From an uncultured Planctomycetales bacterium (GTDB lineage: Bacteria > Omnitrophota > Gorgyraeia > Zapsychrales > JAHFFX01), in the NCBI GenBank assembly GCA_964464475.1, contig CAYXGG010000001.1, positions 87,174-151,173 on the forward strand: a stretch of DNA of 64,000 bases, written 5' to 3'. The notes under the pieces were generated by a model, which worked only from the letters and a program-made list of their open reading frames with translations, was not told the DNA's origin and made no database searches. Positions 47,744 through 57,146 of this stretch are shown here, piece by piece. Every line of letters begins with the position of its first letter. The first letter of the stretch is position 1. Position numbers and translations under genes: made by a program.

Positions 47744-50575
47744 ATGAGAAAAAACACAATAACAGTTCTTTTTCTGATGGGCTTTTGTTGGGGAGTGTCA
47801 GTTCCCTTAACGGAAGCGGCAACCTATTTTGTTCGACCAGATGGGGGTAACGCCACTCAGTGTACTGGTTTGAATGATGCCGCGTATCCAGGCAGCGGTA
47901 CCGCTCAAGCCTGTGCTTTAAATCACCCCTTTTGGGTGCTAGCTCCCAAGGGAAATAACCCATCCAAAATGCGAGGAGGGGATACCTTAATTATTGATGG
48001 TTCAAACAAAGCTCAATACATGATGGGTTGGGGAGCCCCCAATATTAACGATACGAGCATTTGTTATTCTGCATGGCCATGGGATTGTACGATGCGTCCG
48101 ATCCCTTCAGGTCCTGATCCGGCTCATCCTACCAGGATTTTGGGTAAGGGATGGGACACGGGTTGCGCCAATCCTCCTCAATTATGGGGTAAAGAAAAAG
48201 CATGGCATATTCTGACCTTGGCTGGAAGTAATAACGTAGAGGTCCAATGCTTGGAAATTACTGACCATGACCAGTGTCAATACTTGGGGCCTAATGGTTG
48301 TAATAACAGTAATGCCCCTTTTGGAAACTATGCGGTGATGGGTATTTTTGCCCAAGATAGTAATAATGTATTACTGAAGAATTTAAATATTCATGGTCTG
48401 CACACGGGTATAAAAGCAGGAAGAATTAAAGATTGGACCGTGGACAACACTAAAATCGTAGGGAACTCTTTTGTTGGCTGGAATGGTGATTTAGGCGGTG
48501 GAGTTAGTTCATCAAATTCAGGAACAATCACTTTTAATAAGAGTGTGATTGCTTATAGCGGTTGCGGTGAAACTTATCCGGGCAATCAACCGTATAACTG
48601 CTATAGCCAGGATCAAGGTGGCTATGGTGACGGTTTCGGAACAGAGAAAACGGGCGGAAACTGGATATTTAACAATGTGGATTTTAGCCATAATGTTTCC
48701 GATGGTTTAGATCTTCTTTATCATGATGGCAATGGTTCAATAACCATTAAACGGTCTCGATTTGAGGGCAATGCAGGAAACCAAGTTAAAACGGCGGGAA
48801 GTGCTGTAATAGAGAATTCGCTGTTGGTTGGAAATTGTGGTTACTTTAAAGATAAAGCATTCACTTATTCGGTCGGTGGTTTTAACCATTGTCGTGCCGC
48901 AGGCTCGACCTTAGCCGCTTTATTTTTCACCGGGAGCAAAGTCAGCTTGATGAATTCAACTCTTACCGGAAATGGTGACTCATTGATTATTTCTTCAGGA
49001 TCTACCTGTAATGGGACAGAATCCTTTACCTCAAGAAATAATATTATACTCGGTGGCACGGAATTCAACGATGGGGCCGACCTTAGCTCGTTGTATTATG
49101 CAACTGGAGCTATGGGAAATGGTGATGGGCCATGTGGAGCTGTTCAATTTGTGGACGCAGGTTCTGTATATTGGAACATAAAGAACCAAGTCAATGTTTG
49201 TGCCCAAAGACCGGGTTCTAAATGTGCTGATCCAAAATTTATTGGTCCAGTTGTTAAATATTTTTCTGGTGATGCTTATAATTTAGCTTTGAACGCAGAT
49301 AGTCCTGCGCGTAGTTTTGCCCAGGAATTAACTGGTATGTCGACGTTGGATTATAATAATTTTGACCGTGGATCAGATTGGGATTCGGGTGCTCTGGAAT
49401 ATGGCTCTGTATCTACCGTTGCGGCCGCCAGTATCTGTGGGAATAAATTAGTCGAGTATCCTGAGCAGTGTGATGACGGTAATTTAGTCAACGGTGATGG
49501 ATGTAATGCCTCATGCATCATTGAATCGCCTTCTGTCCCAGTGTGTGGTAATAAGGTTAAAGAAGGATCTGAACAATGTGATGACGGTAATCTAACGAAT
49601 GGCGATGGATGTAATAATGTTTGTCAAATCGAAGTGGCATCGCCGGTTTGTGGAAACGGTAAATTAGAGAGTTCAGAGCAGTGTGATGACGGCAACGTTT
49701 TAAATAATGATGGATGTAGCAGCGTTTGCCAGGTAGAGATTCTATCTGTTTGCGGTAACGCGAAGCTTGAGAGTGGTGAGCAATGCGATGATGGTAATAA
49801 GGTAAGTGGTGATGGGTGCTCTAGTTCTTGTGTAAGAGAGTTACCCATTTGCGGAAATGCTAAGTTGGAAGGTTCAGAGCAGTGTGACGATGGTAACTTA
49901 ATTAGCGGAGATGGGTGCTCTAGTTCTTGTGTGAAAGAGCTGCCGGTCTGTGGTAACGCGAAGCTCGAGAGTGGTGAGCAGTGCGATGATGGAAATAACA
50001 CCAATAATGATGGTTGCTCAAGCTCTTGTTTAAAAGAGAGTTTACCAGTCTGCGGAAATGGCATTAAAGAAGGAACCGAGGTTTGTGACGACGGCAACCT
50101 AGTGAGTAATGATGGCTGTAATAGCATTTGCAAAGCGGAATGGTGTGGTAACGGTATTAAAGAAGGACCGGAGCAATGCGATGATGGCAACTGGATTAAT
50201 CGGGATGGTTGCAGCGCATTGTGTATTTTGGAAAGTGTTAAACCAGTTTGCGGAAATGGAAAAAAAGAAGGAACCGAAGCTTGTGACGATGGAAATTTGG
50301 TGAGTAATGATGGGTGCTCAAGTAGCTGTAGTATTGAGCAAACACCTATCCCTGTGTGCGGAAATGAAAAGATAGAATCCCCTGAAACGTGCGATGATGG
50401 TAATAGAACTAGTGGGGATGGATGTAGCAGCAGTTGCCAAAAAGAGGTGGTAACGACCAGGCCGGTTTGTGGTAACGGTAAGTTGGAAGGTTCAGAACAG
50501 TGCGATGATGGTAACCGAGTCAGCGGTGACGGATGTAACCGCTATTGCAAAAAGGAGAGAATAAGAACCAGGTAA
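47744..50575 (+). CDS. Secreted right-handed beta-helix (pectin-lyase-like) protein with 11 Myxococcus-type cysteine-rich repeats
   Basis: Signal peptide (..TEA|ATYFVRPDGG); Asn/Gly-rich beta-helix pattern; 11 copies of CGNxxxExxExCDDGNxxxxDGCxxxC. Confidence 0.85.
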   Translation: MRKNTITVLFLMGFCWGVSVPLTEAATYFVRPDGGNATQCTGLNDAAYPGSGTAQACALNHPFWVLAPKGNNPSKMRGGDTLIIDGSNKAQYMMGWGAPNINDTSICYSAWPWDCTMRPIPSGPDPAHPTRILGKGWDTGCANPPQLWGKEKAWHILTLAGSNNVEVQCLEITDHDQCQYLGPNGCNNSNAPFGNYAVMGIFAQDSNNVLLKNLNIHGLHTGIKAGRIKDWTVDNTKIVGNSFVGWNGDLGGGVSSSNSGTITFNKSVIAYSGCGETYPGNQPYNCYSQDQGGYGDGFGTEKTGGNWIFNNVDFSHNVSDGLDLLYHDGNGSITIKRSRFEGNAGNQVKTAGSAVIENSLLVGNCGYFKDKAFTYSVGGFNHCRAAGSTLAALFFTGSKVSLMNSTLTGNGDSLIISSGSTCNGTESFTSRNNIILGGTEFNDGADLSSLYYATGAMGNGDGPCGAVQFVDAGSVYWNIKNQVNVCAQRPGSKCADPKFIGPVVKYFSGDAYNLALNADSPARSFAQELTGMSTLDYNNFDRGSDWDSGALEYGSVSTVAAASICGNKLVEYPEQCDDGNLVNGDGCNASCIIESPSVPVCGNKVKEGSEQCDDGNLTNGDGCNNVCQIEVASPVCGNGKLESSEQCDDGNVLNNDGCSSVCQVEILSVCGNAKLESGEQCDDGNKVSGDGCSSSCVRELPICGNAKLEGSEQCDDGNLISGDGCSSSCVKELPVCGNAKLESGEQCDDGNNTNNDGCSSSCLKESLPVCGNGIKEGTEVCDDGNLVSNDGCNSICKAEWCGNGIKEGPEQCDDGNWINRDGCSALCILESVKPVCGNGKKEGTEACDDGNLVSNDGCSSSCSIEQTPIPVCGNEKIESPETCDDGNRTSGDGCSSSCQKEVVTTRPVCGNGKLEGSEQCDDGNRVSGDGCNRYCKKERIRTR
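49436..50548 (+). repeat. Coding tandem repeat array (11 units, ~32-38 aa each)
   Basis: Repeated CGN..E..E.CDDGN....DGC...C; units at 49751 and 49949 nearly identical at DNA level. Confidence 0.9.
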
Positions 50576-50589
50576 TACTCCTTACCCCG

Positions 50590-50634
50590 CGCCCGGGAGA
50601 AGCTCCCCCCAGCTTCTTCCGGGCGATTTTTTTT
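50590..50634 (+). terminator. Intrinsic terminator
   Basis: CGCCCGGGAGAAGCT-CCCCCC-AGCTTCTTCCGGGCG followed by A and T8. Confidence 0.9.
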
Positions 50635-50657
50635 AGGTTGAATGGCTGTATTATGGC

Positions 50658-50686
50658 TTGACAATACTTAATTCGGCTTTGATAAT
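50658..50686 (+). promoter_or_regulatory. Sigma-70 promoter of the pilin/GT/exosortase operon
   Basis: TTGACA-N17-GATAAT directly after the terminator. Confidence 0.65.
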
Positions 50687-50698
50687 TAAAAATTAATT

Positions 50699-51109
50699 AT
50701 GGTCGGTCCAAATTGCAAATTTAGTACTCATCCTTTTAAAAGAACTGGTTTTTCGCTTGTTGAATTATTAATTTCCGCGTTTGTTCTAAGCGTTGGAATC
50801 GCGGGAACGCTTATGTTCTTTACTTCCGCTTTGATTTCAGCAGATTTTGCTTTAGAGACTACTTTGGCTACATCTCATGCCGAGTTGATATTTGAAGAAA
50901 TGCGCTCCAAGGAAGCAATCCAAGAAATTACTTTTGTTGATTGGAATGAGTGGTTAAAAAAGCAGGATGTTAGCTTATTGCCCGAAGAGGCGGTTGAAAT
51001 TTCATATCTTGATCCAGCGAAAAGTCCTTTCCCCGTCAGCATGAAGGTTTCCTGGAGAGGGCGAGCCAGAATTCAAACCCAGGAATTTTATACTACTTTT
51101 ATTAAATGA
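50699..51109 (+). CDS. Type IV minor pilin / pseudopilin (PilV-like)
   Basis: Class III signal KRTG|FSLVELLIS with Glu5. Confidence 0.8.
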   Translation: MVGPNCKFSTHPFKRTGFSLVELLISAFVLSVGIAGTLMFFTSALISADFALETTLATSHAELIFEEMRSKEAIQEITFVDWNEWLKKQDVSLLPEEAVEISYLDPAKSPFPVSMKVSWRGRARIQTQEFYTTFIK

Positions 51110-51591
51110 ATTTTATTCGTCAGAAGCGAGCTTATACATTAATTGAAGTGTTAGTTAGTATCGCTATTTTTTCATTCATTCTGATGGCGCTTTATCAAAT
51201 GTTTGCTGTTGGTAATCGCTCCTGGGCTAACTATAACGAAAAGGTCGCTTTGCAGCGGGAGATTCGTTGGTCCATGTACGCCGTAGTCAAAGAGTTAAGA
51301 GAAGCCAAAAACATTTTTGTTACGGATGATTCTGAGAAAGTAAAAATTGCTTTTAAGAAAGACAATTTAGGAAGCTTTGCTTTCGTTTTTATGAAAACTG
51401 GGCAACAGAGAAATAAATTATTTTTCGAGCGACCTAATCAAAAGCGGGTTCTCTCTAGCAGTGTAACAAATCTTAAAGTAGATCAAATCAGTAAACACCT
51501 GATAGAAATTGAAATTACGGGAATGAAGCAGCCGTTGTTTTCCAAATTGATTACTTTTAAGCTAAAGCAACGGATTCTTCTTAGGAACTAA
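51106..51591 (+). CDS. Type IV minor pilin / pseudopilin (PilW-like)
   Basis: KRA|YTLIEVLVS with Glu5; ELREA motif. Confidence 0.8.
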   Translation: MNFIRQKRAYTLIEVLVSIAIFSFILMALYQMFAVGNRSWANYNEKVALQREIRWSMYAVVKELREAKNIFVTDDSEKVKIAFKKDNLGSFAFVFMKTGQQRNKLFFERPNQKRVLSSSVTNLKVDQISKHLIEIEITGMKQPLFSKLITFKLKQRILLRN

Positions 51592-51596
51592 ATTTC

Positions 51597-52751
51597 ATGA
51601 TTTGCTCTCAAATGAAAAGAAGTCGATTGCGTAACGAACGAGGGTCTATATTAATTTTTGCTTATTTTTTGTTGGCTTTTCTCGTGACGTTATCGGCGGG
51701 TTTTGCTTTAACCAATTTTGGAGAATTAAATGATAGTCGGCGCTATTTGAATTCGGTAAAGGCGTTTTGGCTTGCGGAAGCGGCACTTAATGAGTATTTG
51801 CAAGAGCCAGAAATATTAGACGGTTTTCGTCAGAAGACATTGGAATATCCTGGGGGGCAGGTTGTTTTGCAAAAAGATGATTCTCAGCCCATGCTGCGAA
51901 TTCTTACGGCAAAAGCTAATGTGAGTGGCAGCGAACGTGAAATTACGATGGAATTCCCAGCACATGCACCGGAAGTTTTTAATAATACTATTTCTGCTCG
52001 CGGGGACATAGACTTAAGTGGCAGTAAGATTTCAGCCACTTTTACCGGTAAAACAAAAGTAAGCGGAAAGTTAAGAAAATCATATAAATTCGGTAGTGCA
52101 ATTTTTGAAGATTTAAGTGAGAACGTTGATAAGAATTTGGTGACGATGTTTTACCCGGACGCTAATAATAATGGTGTTGTTGATGAATTCGATGATTTTG
52201 TGGCTATTAATCGTAATATTATCGAGAATTATTCTTCTGATGAGGTGGTTTATTTGCGAGGCAATGATACATTTACGGTGGTCCCCGATGCTAAGCTGGC
52301 GGGTAAGAAAATTTTATATGCCGAGGGTACTAAGAGTGGAAAGGGAAGTGTCGTGATTCAGTTTACCGGAGAACTTAATCCAGAAGAAAATCTTACGGTG
52401 ATTTCCACCGGAACGGTAAGCTTTAATCAGTTGGGAGGGCAGACCGACTCGCAGTTAAATATTATTGCCTGGGAAGGGTATCGAGAGATGGCCACGTTGC
52501 CAGGAGAGCATAAGGGCATTACCTACACGCATGGGAGTGCCGTTATCGATCGAATTCATGAAGAATCTGTTTCGCATGGAATTTTGGTCGCTCACAGTGG
52601 CGTTTCGGTGAAAGAAATTTGGGCGAATAAGCTTTTTCAATACGCTGATCCTCGAGTCAAAGGGCTAATCCCTCCTGGTTTTGAAGGTATGATTGGCGGG
52701 AAGCTTTCGGCTGGATACTTGTCGGAGCCGAGTGTCTGGAGGGAAAAATAA
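51597..52751 (+). CDS. PilX/GspK-like minor pilin
   Basis: RNERG|SILIF (no Glu5), AFWLAEAA motif, large C-terminal domain. Confidence 0.75.
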   Translation: MICSQMKRSRLRNERGSILIFAYFLLAFLVTLSAGFALTNFGELNDSRRYLNSVKAFWLAEAALNEYLQEPEILDGFRQKTLEYPGGQVVLQKDDSQPMLRILTAKANVSGSEREITMEFPAHAPEVFNNTISARGDIDLSGSKISATFTGKTKVSGKLRKSYKFGSAIFEDLSENVDKNLVTMFYPDANNNGVVDEFDDFVAINRNIIENYSSDEVVYLRGNDTFTVVPDAKLAGKKILYAEGTKSGKGSVVIQFTGELNPEENLTVISTGTVSFNQLGGQTDSQLNIIAWEGYREMATLPGEHKGITYTHGSAVIDRIHEESVSHGILVAHSGVSVKEIWANKLFQYADPRVKGLIPPGFEGMIGGKLSAGYLSEPSVWREK

Positions 52752-52752
52752 T

Positions 52753-53295
52753 ATGATCCGAAATCCCTGGGTGTGGGGCGCGGCATTTCTTCTTGTATTT
52801 TTAGGCTTTGGTTCTTTAAATCGATGGGTTAGCCATAAGATGCAGCGGAATTTGGGGTCTGCTGTGATTGCGAATTCAGAATTGAAAGAATCTAAAAAAC
52901 AAGATGGATTTATGCAGCTTCCTTTAGATTTTGCAAGCTGGAACATTTTGCCTGGAAAAAAGGCGGATGACCCCGCTAAATTCGGAATTATTGTCTCAAA
53001 AGATGCCTCGCATAATAACGTGGCTCAATGGGAGCAGGGTGCCAAGAAATCTATGCAAGGGGTCAGATCAATCTCTACGGTCGGTGAAGTCAAAGACAAA
53101 GATAAGGTTAAGATATCTTTGTCTTTGGAAGAATATCAGCAAAAGGTTAATCTTATTAATTTGGAGATTGAATCCGTTGAGTTAGAATTAGAGAGTATGC
53201 CCAGCGATCCGGAATTGCTTTCTAAATTGCAAGGTTTGACGATAATGAAGGCGACGCTAGAGTCATTAAAAAACAAAATTATTTCAAAGTTGTGA
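52753..53295 (+). CDS. Hypothetical membrane-anchored protein
   Basis: ATG right after the PilX-like stop; N-terminal TM; C-terminal helical hairpin. Confidence 0.65.
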   Translation: MIRNPWVWGAAFLLVFLGFGSLNRWVSHKMQRNLGSAVIANSELKESKKQDGFMQLPLDFASWNILPGKKADDPAKFGIIVSKDASHNNVAQWEQGAKKSMQGVRSISTVGEVKDKDKVKISLSLEEYQQKVNLINLEIESVELELESMPSDPELLSKLQGLTIMKATLESLKNKIISKL

Positions 53296-53296
53296 T

Positions 53297-54481
53297 ATGG
53301 AATTATTAATGGTTGTGTATTTCTGGTTTTTTCTATTTGCCATTGTTTTTTGCTATTTTGGTTATCCATCGATTCTGGCTTTGGTGAGCCGCTGGCGGGG
53401 TTGCGCTGTTGCCGTAAGCCCTAGTGAGGCGGCCCGGGTATCGGTTATTATTGCGGTTTGCAATGAAGAGGATGTTCTTGAACGTAAGTTGAATAATATT
53501 TTTTCTTTAGAGTTCCCTTCTCAATTTGAAATTTTGATTGGTTCGGATGGTTCTACAGATCAAACAGAAAGAATTCTTAAAGATTATAAAGACGAGAGAT
53601 TGAGGCCTTATGTTTATTCTGAACGTAGGGGGAAAATAGCAGTCATTGCTGATTTGGTGACGCAAGCCAAAGGGGATATCGTTGTTTTTACTGATGCTAG
53701 ACAGCAATTTGCGAAAAATGCGATAGTGGAACTAGTTAAAAATTTTGGGGATCCAAAGGTGGGCTGTGTTAGTGGAGAGTTGGTGTTTCATAGCAGTCAG
53801 GGAACTACAGGCAAAGGTATTCAATTGTATTGGGATTATGAGAAATGGTTGCGGCGCATGGAGAGTCAGATCCACTCTATGTTGGGAGCGACGGGTGCCA
53901 TTTATGCGATCAGAAAAGAGTTGTTTGTGAAGCCGCCGCCTGATGTTGTTCTCGATGATATGTACATTCCTTTAAAGATTGTAGCCGGTGGCTATCGCGC
54001 TATTTTTGAAGAAAATGCTCGTGCCTATGATCACGTTGCGGAAGATGGGGGAGAGGAGTATTCTCGAAAAACTAGAACGCTTTACGGTAACTTTCAAATA
54101 TTCACTTTATTCTCTGAATTGTTTGATCTTCGGAAAAGTCCGGTGGCCTTGCAGTTGTTGTTTCATAAGTTTCTAAGAGTCGTGGTGCCGTTCTTAATGA
54201 TTGCGTTTTTTGCAACTAATATTTTTTTGATTCCTCATGGTTGGTTCTTTTTCTCGGTTATGCTAGGGCAAATTTTATTTTATGGATTAGCGCTTTTAGG
54301 ATGGTGGTCTAGAAAAAATAGTTCTTTTCTGGATAAGTATATTAATAAACTTTCTGCTATCCCTTATGTTTTTTGTTTGTTAAATTATTCTGCTTTTATT
54401 GGTTTCGTTCGATTTGTTAAAAGGGATCAGGCCGTTGCCTGGCAAAAGGCGCGTTCGGCTAGGGAAGCCGCCAATTGCTAA
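53297..54481 (+). CDS. Membrane GT2 glycosyltransferase (PgaC/CESA-like subfamily of EPS loci)
   Basis: VSVIIAVCNEE, SDGSTD, FTDA, GAIYAIR, LDD, RKTR; N- and C-terminal TMs. Confidence 0.88.
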   Translation: MELLMVVYFWFFLFAIVFCYFGYPSILALVSRWRGCAVAVSPSEAARVSVIIAVCNEEDVLERKLNNIFSLEFPSQFEILIGSDGSTDQTERILKDYKDERLRPYVYSERRGKIAVIADLVTQAKGDIVVFTDARQQFAKNAIVELVKNFGDPKVGCVSGELVFHSSQGTTGKGIQLYWDYEKWLRRMESQIHSMLGATGAIYAIRKELFVKPPPDVVLDDMYIPLKIVAGGYRAIFEENARAYDHVAEDGGEEYSRKTRTLYGNFQIFTLFSELFDLRKSPVALQLLFHKFLRVVVPFLMIAFFATNIFLIPHGWFFFSVMLGQILFYGLALLGWWSRKNSSFLDKYINKLSAIPYVFCLLNYSAFIGFVRFVKRDQAVAWQKARSAREAANC

Positions 54482-54487
54482 TTCGTT

Positions 54488-55306
54488 ATGCCAATTATTA
54501 GAAAATATGCCGCAGAGTTGTTGGTCGGTGGGCTTTTTTTGTTAGCCTATTTTCCTATTTTATTATGGATGTTTAGTCGTTGGTTTGCGAGAGACTCTTA
54601 CTATAGTCACGGGATATTGGTTCCTTTTGTGGCCGCTTTTTTAATCTGGCAAAATCGGGATGAATTAACTAAAATTCAGAGAGTTCCAGATTATCGTGGG
54701 CTGATATTGATTTTTATCGGTCTATTTGTTTTAGTGGTTAGTTCGACGTTAAGAATATACTTTTCAGCGGCGTTTAGTATGCCCATAGTTTTAGTTGGGC
54801 TGGTGATGCTTTTTGGGGGAAATAGTTTATTGAAGGCTCTTTCGTTCCCGCTGGCGTTCACATTATTCATGATCCCATTGCCAGAGGTCGTTATTACCAA
54901 TATTAGTTTTAATATGAAAATATTTGCGGCGCAAATTGCCACGCATGTTTTAAATAATAATCTAAGAATGCCAGCGGTACGCGAGGGGAGTCTTATTAAA
55001 ATGCGCAGTGCCTATGTCATGGTGGATGATGTGTGTAGTGGTTTAAGATCGCTTATTTCATTGACTGCTTTGGGTAGTGTTTTTGCTTACTGGTTAAAGG
55101 GCGCTTGGTGGAAGAGGTTGCTTCTATTTGCTTCAACGATCCCCATTGCCATTATTACCAATGTCGTTCGGATTATCTTTCTTTCCGCAGTGAGTGAGAT
55201 TTGGGGGCCACAATACGCTTCTGGATTTTTGCATGATCTTTCGGGGTTTTTGGTTTTTGGATTGGCCTTCTTATTATTATTTGCAGTTTCAAAGCTAATA
55301 GAATAA
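54488..55306 (+). CDS. xrt: Exosortase (EpsH family)
   Basis: YYSHGILVP, FMIPLP, catalytic Cys in VDDVCSGLRSL, Arg in NVVRI, His in FLHDLSG; ~8 TMs. Confidence 0.93.
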   Translation: MPIIRKYAAELLVGGLFLLAYFPILLWMFSRWFARDSYYSHGILVPFVAAFLIWQNRDELTKIQRVPDYRGLILIFIGLFVLVVSSTLRIYFSAAFSMPIVLVGLVMLFGGNSLLKALSFPLAFTLFMIPLPEVVITNISFNMKIFAAQIATHVLNNNLRMPAVREGSLIKMRSAYVMVDDVCSGLRSLISLTALGSVFAYWLKGAWWKRLLLFASTIPIAIITNVVRIIFLSAVSEIWGPQYASGFLHDLSGFLVFGLAFLLLFAVSKLIE

Positions 55307-55307
55307 A

Positions 55308-55949
55308 ATGTTGATAAAAAAATCAGCTTATGTAGTAATTTTGGTTTCATTTTTGGGGGTCGGGTTCATTTCTTGGTTGTTGTATTTTAAAGATCAGAAC
55401 CAACAAGATACGGTTAATATTCAAGTTTTCCCGAAGGCTATAGCTGACTGGAGCGGGGTAGATCAAGTTATTAGCGAAGAAGACTATGCTATTTTGGAAA
55501 CCAGAAATGTTCTGGCTCGAAGATACACTCAGGCTGGTACGGGTCGACAAATAGATTTACTTATTGTTTATTCAGAGCATAATCGTAAAGTGTCTCATCC
55601 TCCCGAGATTTGTTTTACGGGTGGTGGGTTGTCTATTCTGGAAAGTAAGCGCGCAGTCTTAAATCTAGATAAGAACGGCCGAGGGTTAGAAGCGGTGCGG
55701 CTGCTTATGGATTTGAAGGGAACGCCGCTGTATTCCTTCTATTGGTTTAAAGTCGGTAATTCTGTAACCTCTAACTACTGGAGGCAACAATTTTTGATTG
55801 CTTTAAAGATTTTTTCTGGGCAACCGCATAGTAGCGCCTTGATAAGGTTGACATTAGAAATAAAACTGGATGACAAAATCGAAGCCGTTGCTACTGCGGA
55901 GAAGTTCGCCGATCTTGTTTTTCCTGCCGTAAAGCAGTATCTGCCGTAA
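55308..55949 (+). CDS. epsI: Exosortase-associated EpsI-family protein
   Basis: N-terminal TM, FPKAIADWSG, RRY, HPPEICFTGGG, YWF, ALIRL; follows the exosortase. Confidence 0.88.
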   Translation: MLIKKSAYVVILVSFLGVGFISWLLYFKDQNQQDTVNIQVFPKAIADWSGVDQVISEEDYAILETRNVLARRYTQAGTGRQIDLLIVYSEHNRKVSHPPEICFTGGGLSILESKRAVLNLDKNGRGLEAVRLLMDLKGTPLYSFYWFKVGNSVTSNYWRQQFLIALKIFSGQPHSSALIRLTLEIKLDDKIEAVATAEKFADLVFPAVKQYLP

Positions 55950-56010
55950 TTCTTCGCGCTGCAGAGTGCTAATTGACTAGGTTTAGGAATTTGCTGCTTT
56001 TTTTAAACAT

Positions 56011-56063
56011 GTGTTGTGTCGGATAAACACTGGTAATGGGGTGTTTGTCTAGGACAGTCATGT
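56011..56063 (+). promoter_or_regulatory. Putative upstream activator elements of sigma-54 promoter 2
   Basis: Palindrome GTGTT-N10-AACAC (56011..56030) and TTTGTCTAGGACAGTCATGT (56044..56063), the latter shared with promoter 1. Confidence 0.65.
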
Positions 56064-56172
56064 ATTTGATTGTTTTGCATCTTGGGGGCTAATATTGTGC
56101 CGCAAGTATAATGATTCCAATTGTTTGTGAAATAAAAATAAAATTGCCCTAAATTTAAATAAGATTATATTT

Positions 56173-56188
56173 TGGCACAAAATTTGCT
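56173..56188 (+). promoter_or_regulatory. Sigma-54 (-24/-12) promoter
   Basis: TGGCACAAAATTTGCT, near-perfect consensus with GG-N10-GC. Confidence 0.9.
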
Positions 56189-56234
56189 CATGTACAGGTA
56201 ACCGTACGCAACCAGGTTAACACAAAGGATAAAA

Positions 56235-57059
56235 ATGAGTCGATATACTAAATTAATATTTTTGAGCATATTAGCAATTTTGACCGTGGTAAGTACTGTT
56301 TTTGCTATACCGGTTAAATCTGATGACGCTAGGGAAGTCATAGAAGAGGCAAGGATTTCTCAAATTCCGGCTCAGTTGCCAACAGATTCGAAGTCTAGAG
56401 CTCCGGAGCCCACGTCCATGGCGCTTTTTGGGAGTGGTATATTGGGGATGGTTGTCAGTTTCTTTCGTCGTACCTATATTTTGATAAAGAGAGCATTTGA
56501 TGTTTTTGCTGCGATCCTAGGTTTGCTGTTCTTGGCGCCGCTTTTTGTTATTGCCGCTTTCTTGATAAAATTTACTTCAAAAGGGCCAATTATTTATAAG
56601 CAAGTTAGAGTTGGAAAAAACGGTAAGCTTTTTGAAATTTATAAATTTCGTTCAATGCGTACGGATGCTGAAAAAGATAGTGGCCCTGTTTGGGCTAAAG
56701 CCAACGATAATCGTCTCATCCCGCCGGGAAAATTTTTAAGAAAAACCCGAATTGATGAATTACCTCAATTTATTAATGTTCTAAAAGGTGATATGAGCTT
56801 GATCGGGCCTCGTCCGGAGCGACCTGTTTTTGTTGAGAAATTTAAAGAAGTTATTCCTGACTACGAGAAGCGTCTGGCCGTCAAACCTGGGATTACGGGA
56901 TTAGCTCAAGTGTGGCATAAATATGATGAAACGATTGAGGATGTTAAAAAGAAAATTCGTTATGATTTGGTTTATATTAAAAAAGTCAATTTGTGGACTG
57001 ATTTAGGAATATTTTTTAGAACATTTCGAGTTGTTATTACTGGTCAAGGCGCTCAATAA
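56235..57059 (+). CDS. Priming phosphoglycosyltransferase (Bac_transf/PglC-type sugar transferase) with N-terminal signal peptide and internal PEP-CTERM motif
   Basis: KRAFD, KFRSM, RIDELPQ, GDMSLIGPRPE, KPGITGLAQ; preceded by APEPTSMALFGSGILGMVVSFFRR at aa 56-79. Confidence 0.92.
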   Translation: MSRYTKLIFLSILAILTVVSTVFAIPVKSDDAREVIEEARISQIPAQLPTDSKSRAPEPTSMALFGSGILGMVVSFFRRTYILIKRAFDVFAAILGLLFLAPLFVIAAFLIKFTSKGPIIYKQVRVGKNGKLFEIYKFRSMRTDAEKDSGPVWAKANDNRLIPPGKFLRKTRIDELPQFINVLKGDMSLIGPRPERPVFVEKFKEVIPDYEKRLAVKPGITGLAQVWHKYDETIEDVKKKIRYDLVYIKKVNLWTDLGIFFRTFRVVITGQGAQ

Positions 57060-57146
57060 ATTTGTATTGTACGCGTATTTCAGGAGATGTAGTAAATTTT
57101 AGAAAACGAAAAAAGTAAACAAGAAAGTATTAAGGAGAAAATTCAA

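Noticed and set aside
49624-50190. 188-aa repetitive minus-strand ORF
   Set aside because: Antisense shadow of the Cys-repeat coding region; no independent signals.
49436-50548. Regularly spaced DNA repeats resembling a CRISPR array or DGR template/variable repeats
   Set aside because: In-frame protein repeats with mainly synonymous variation; no cas or reverse transcriptase gene in the window.
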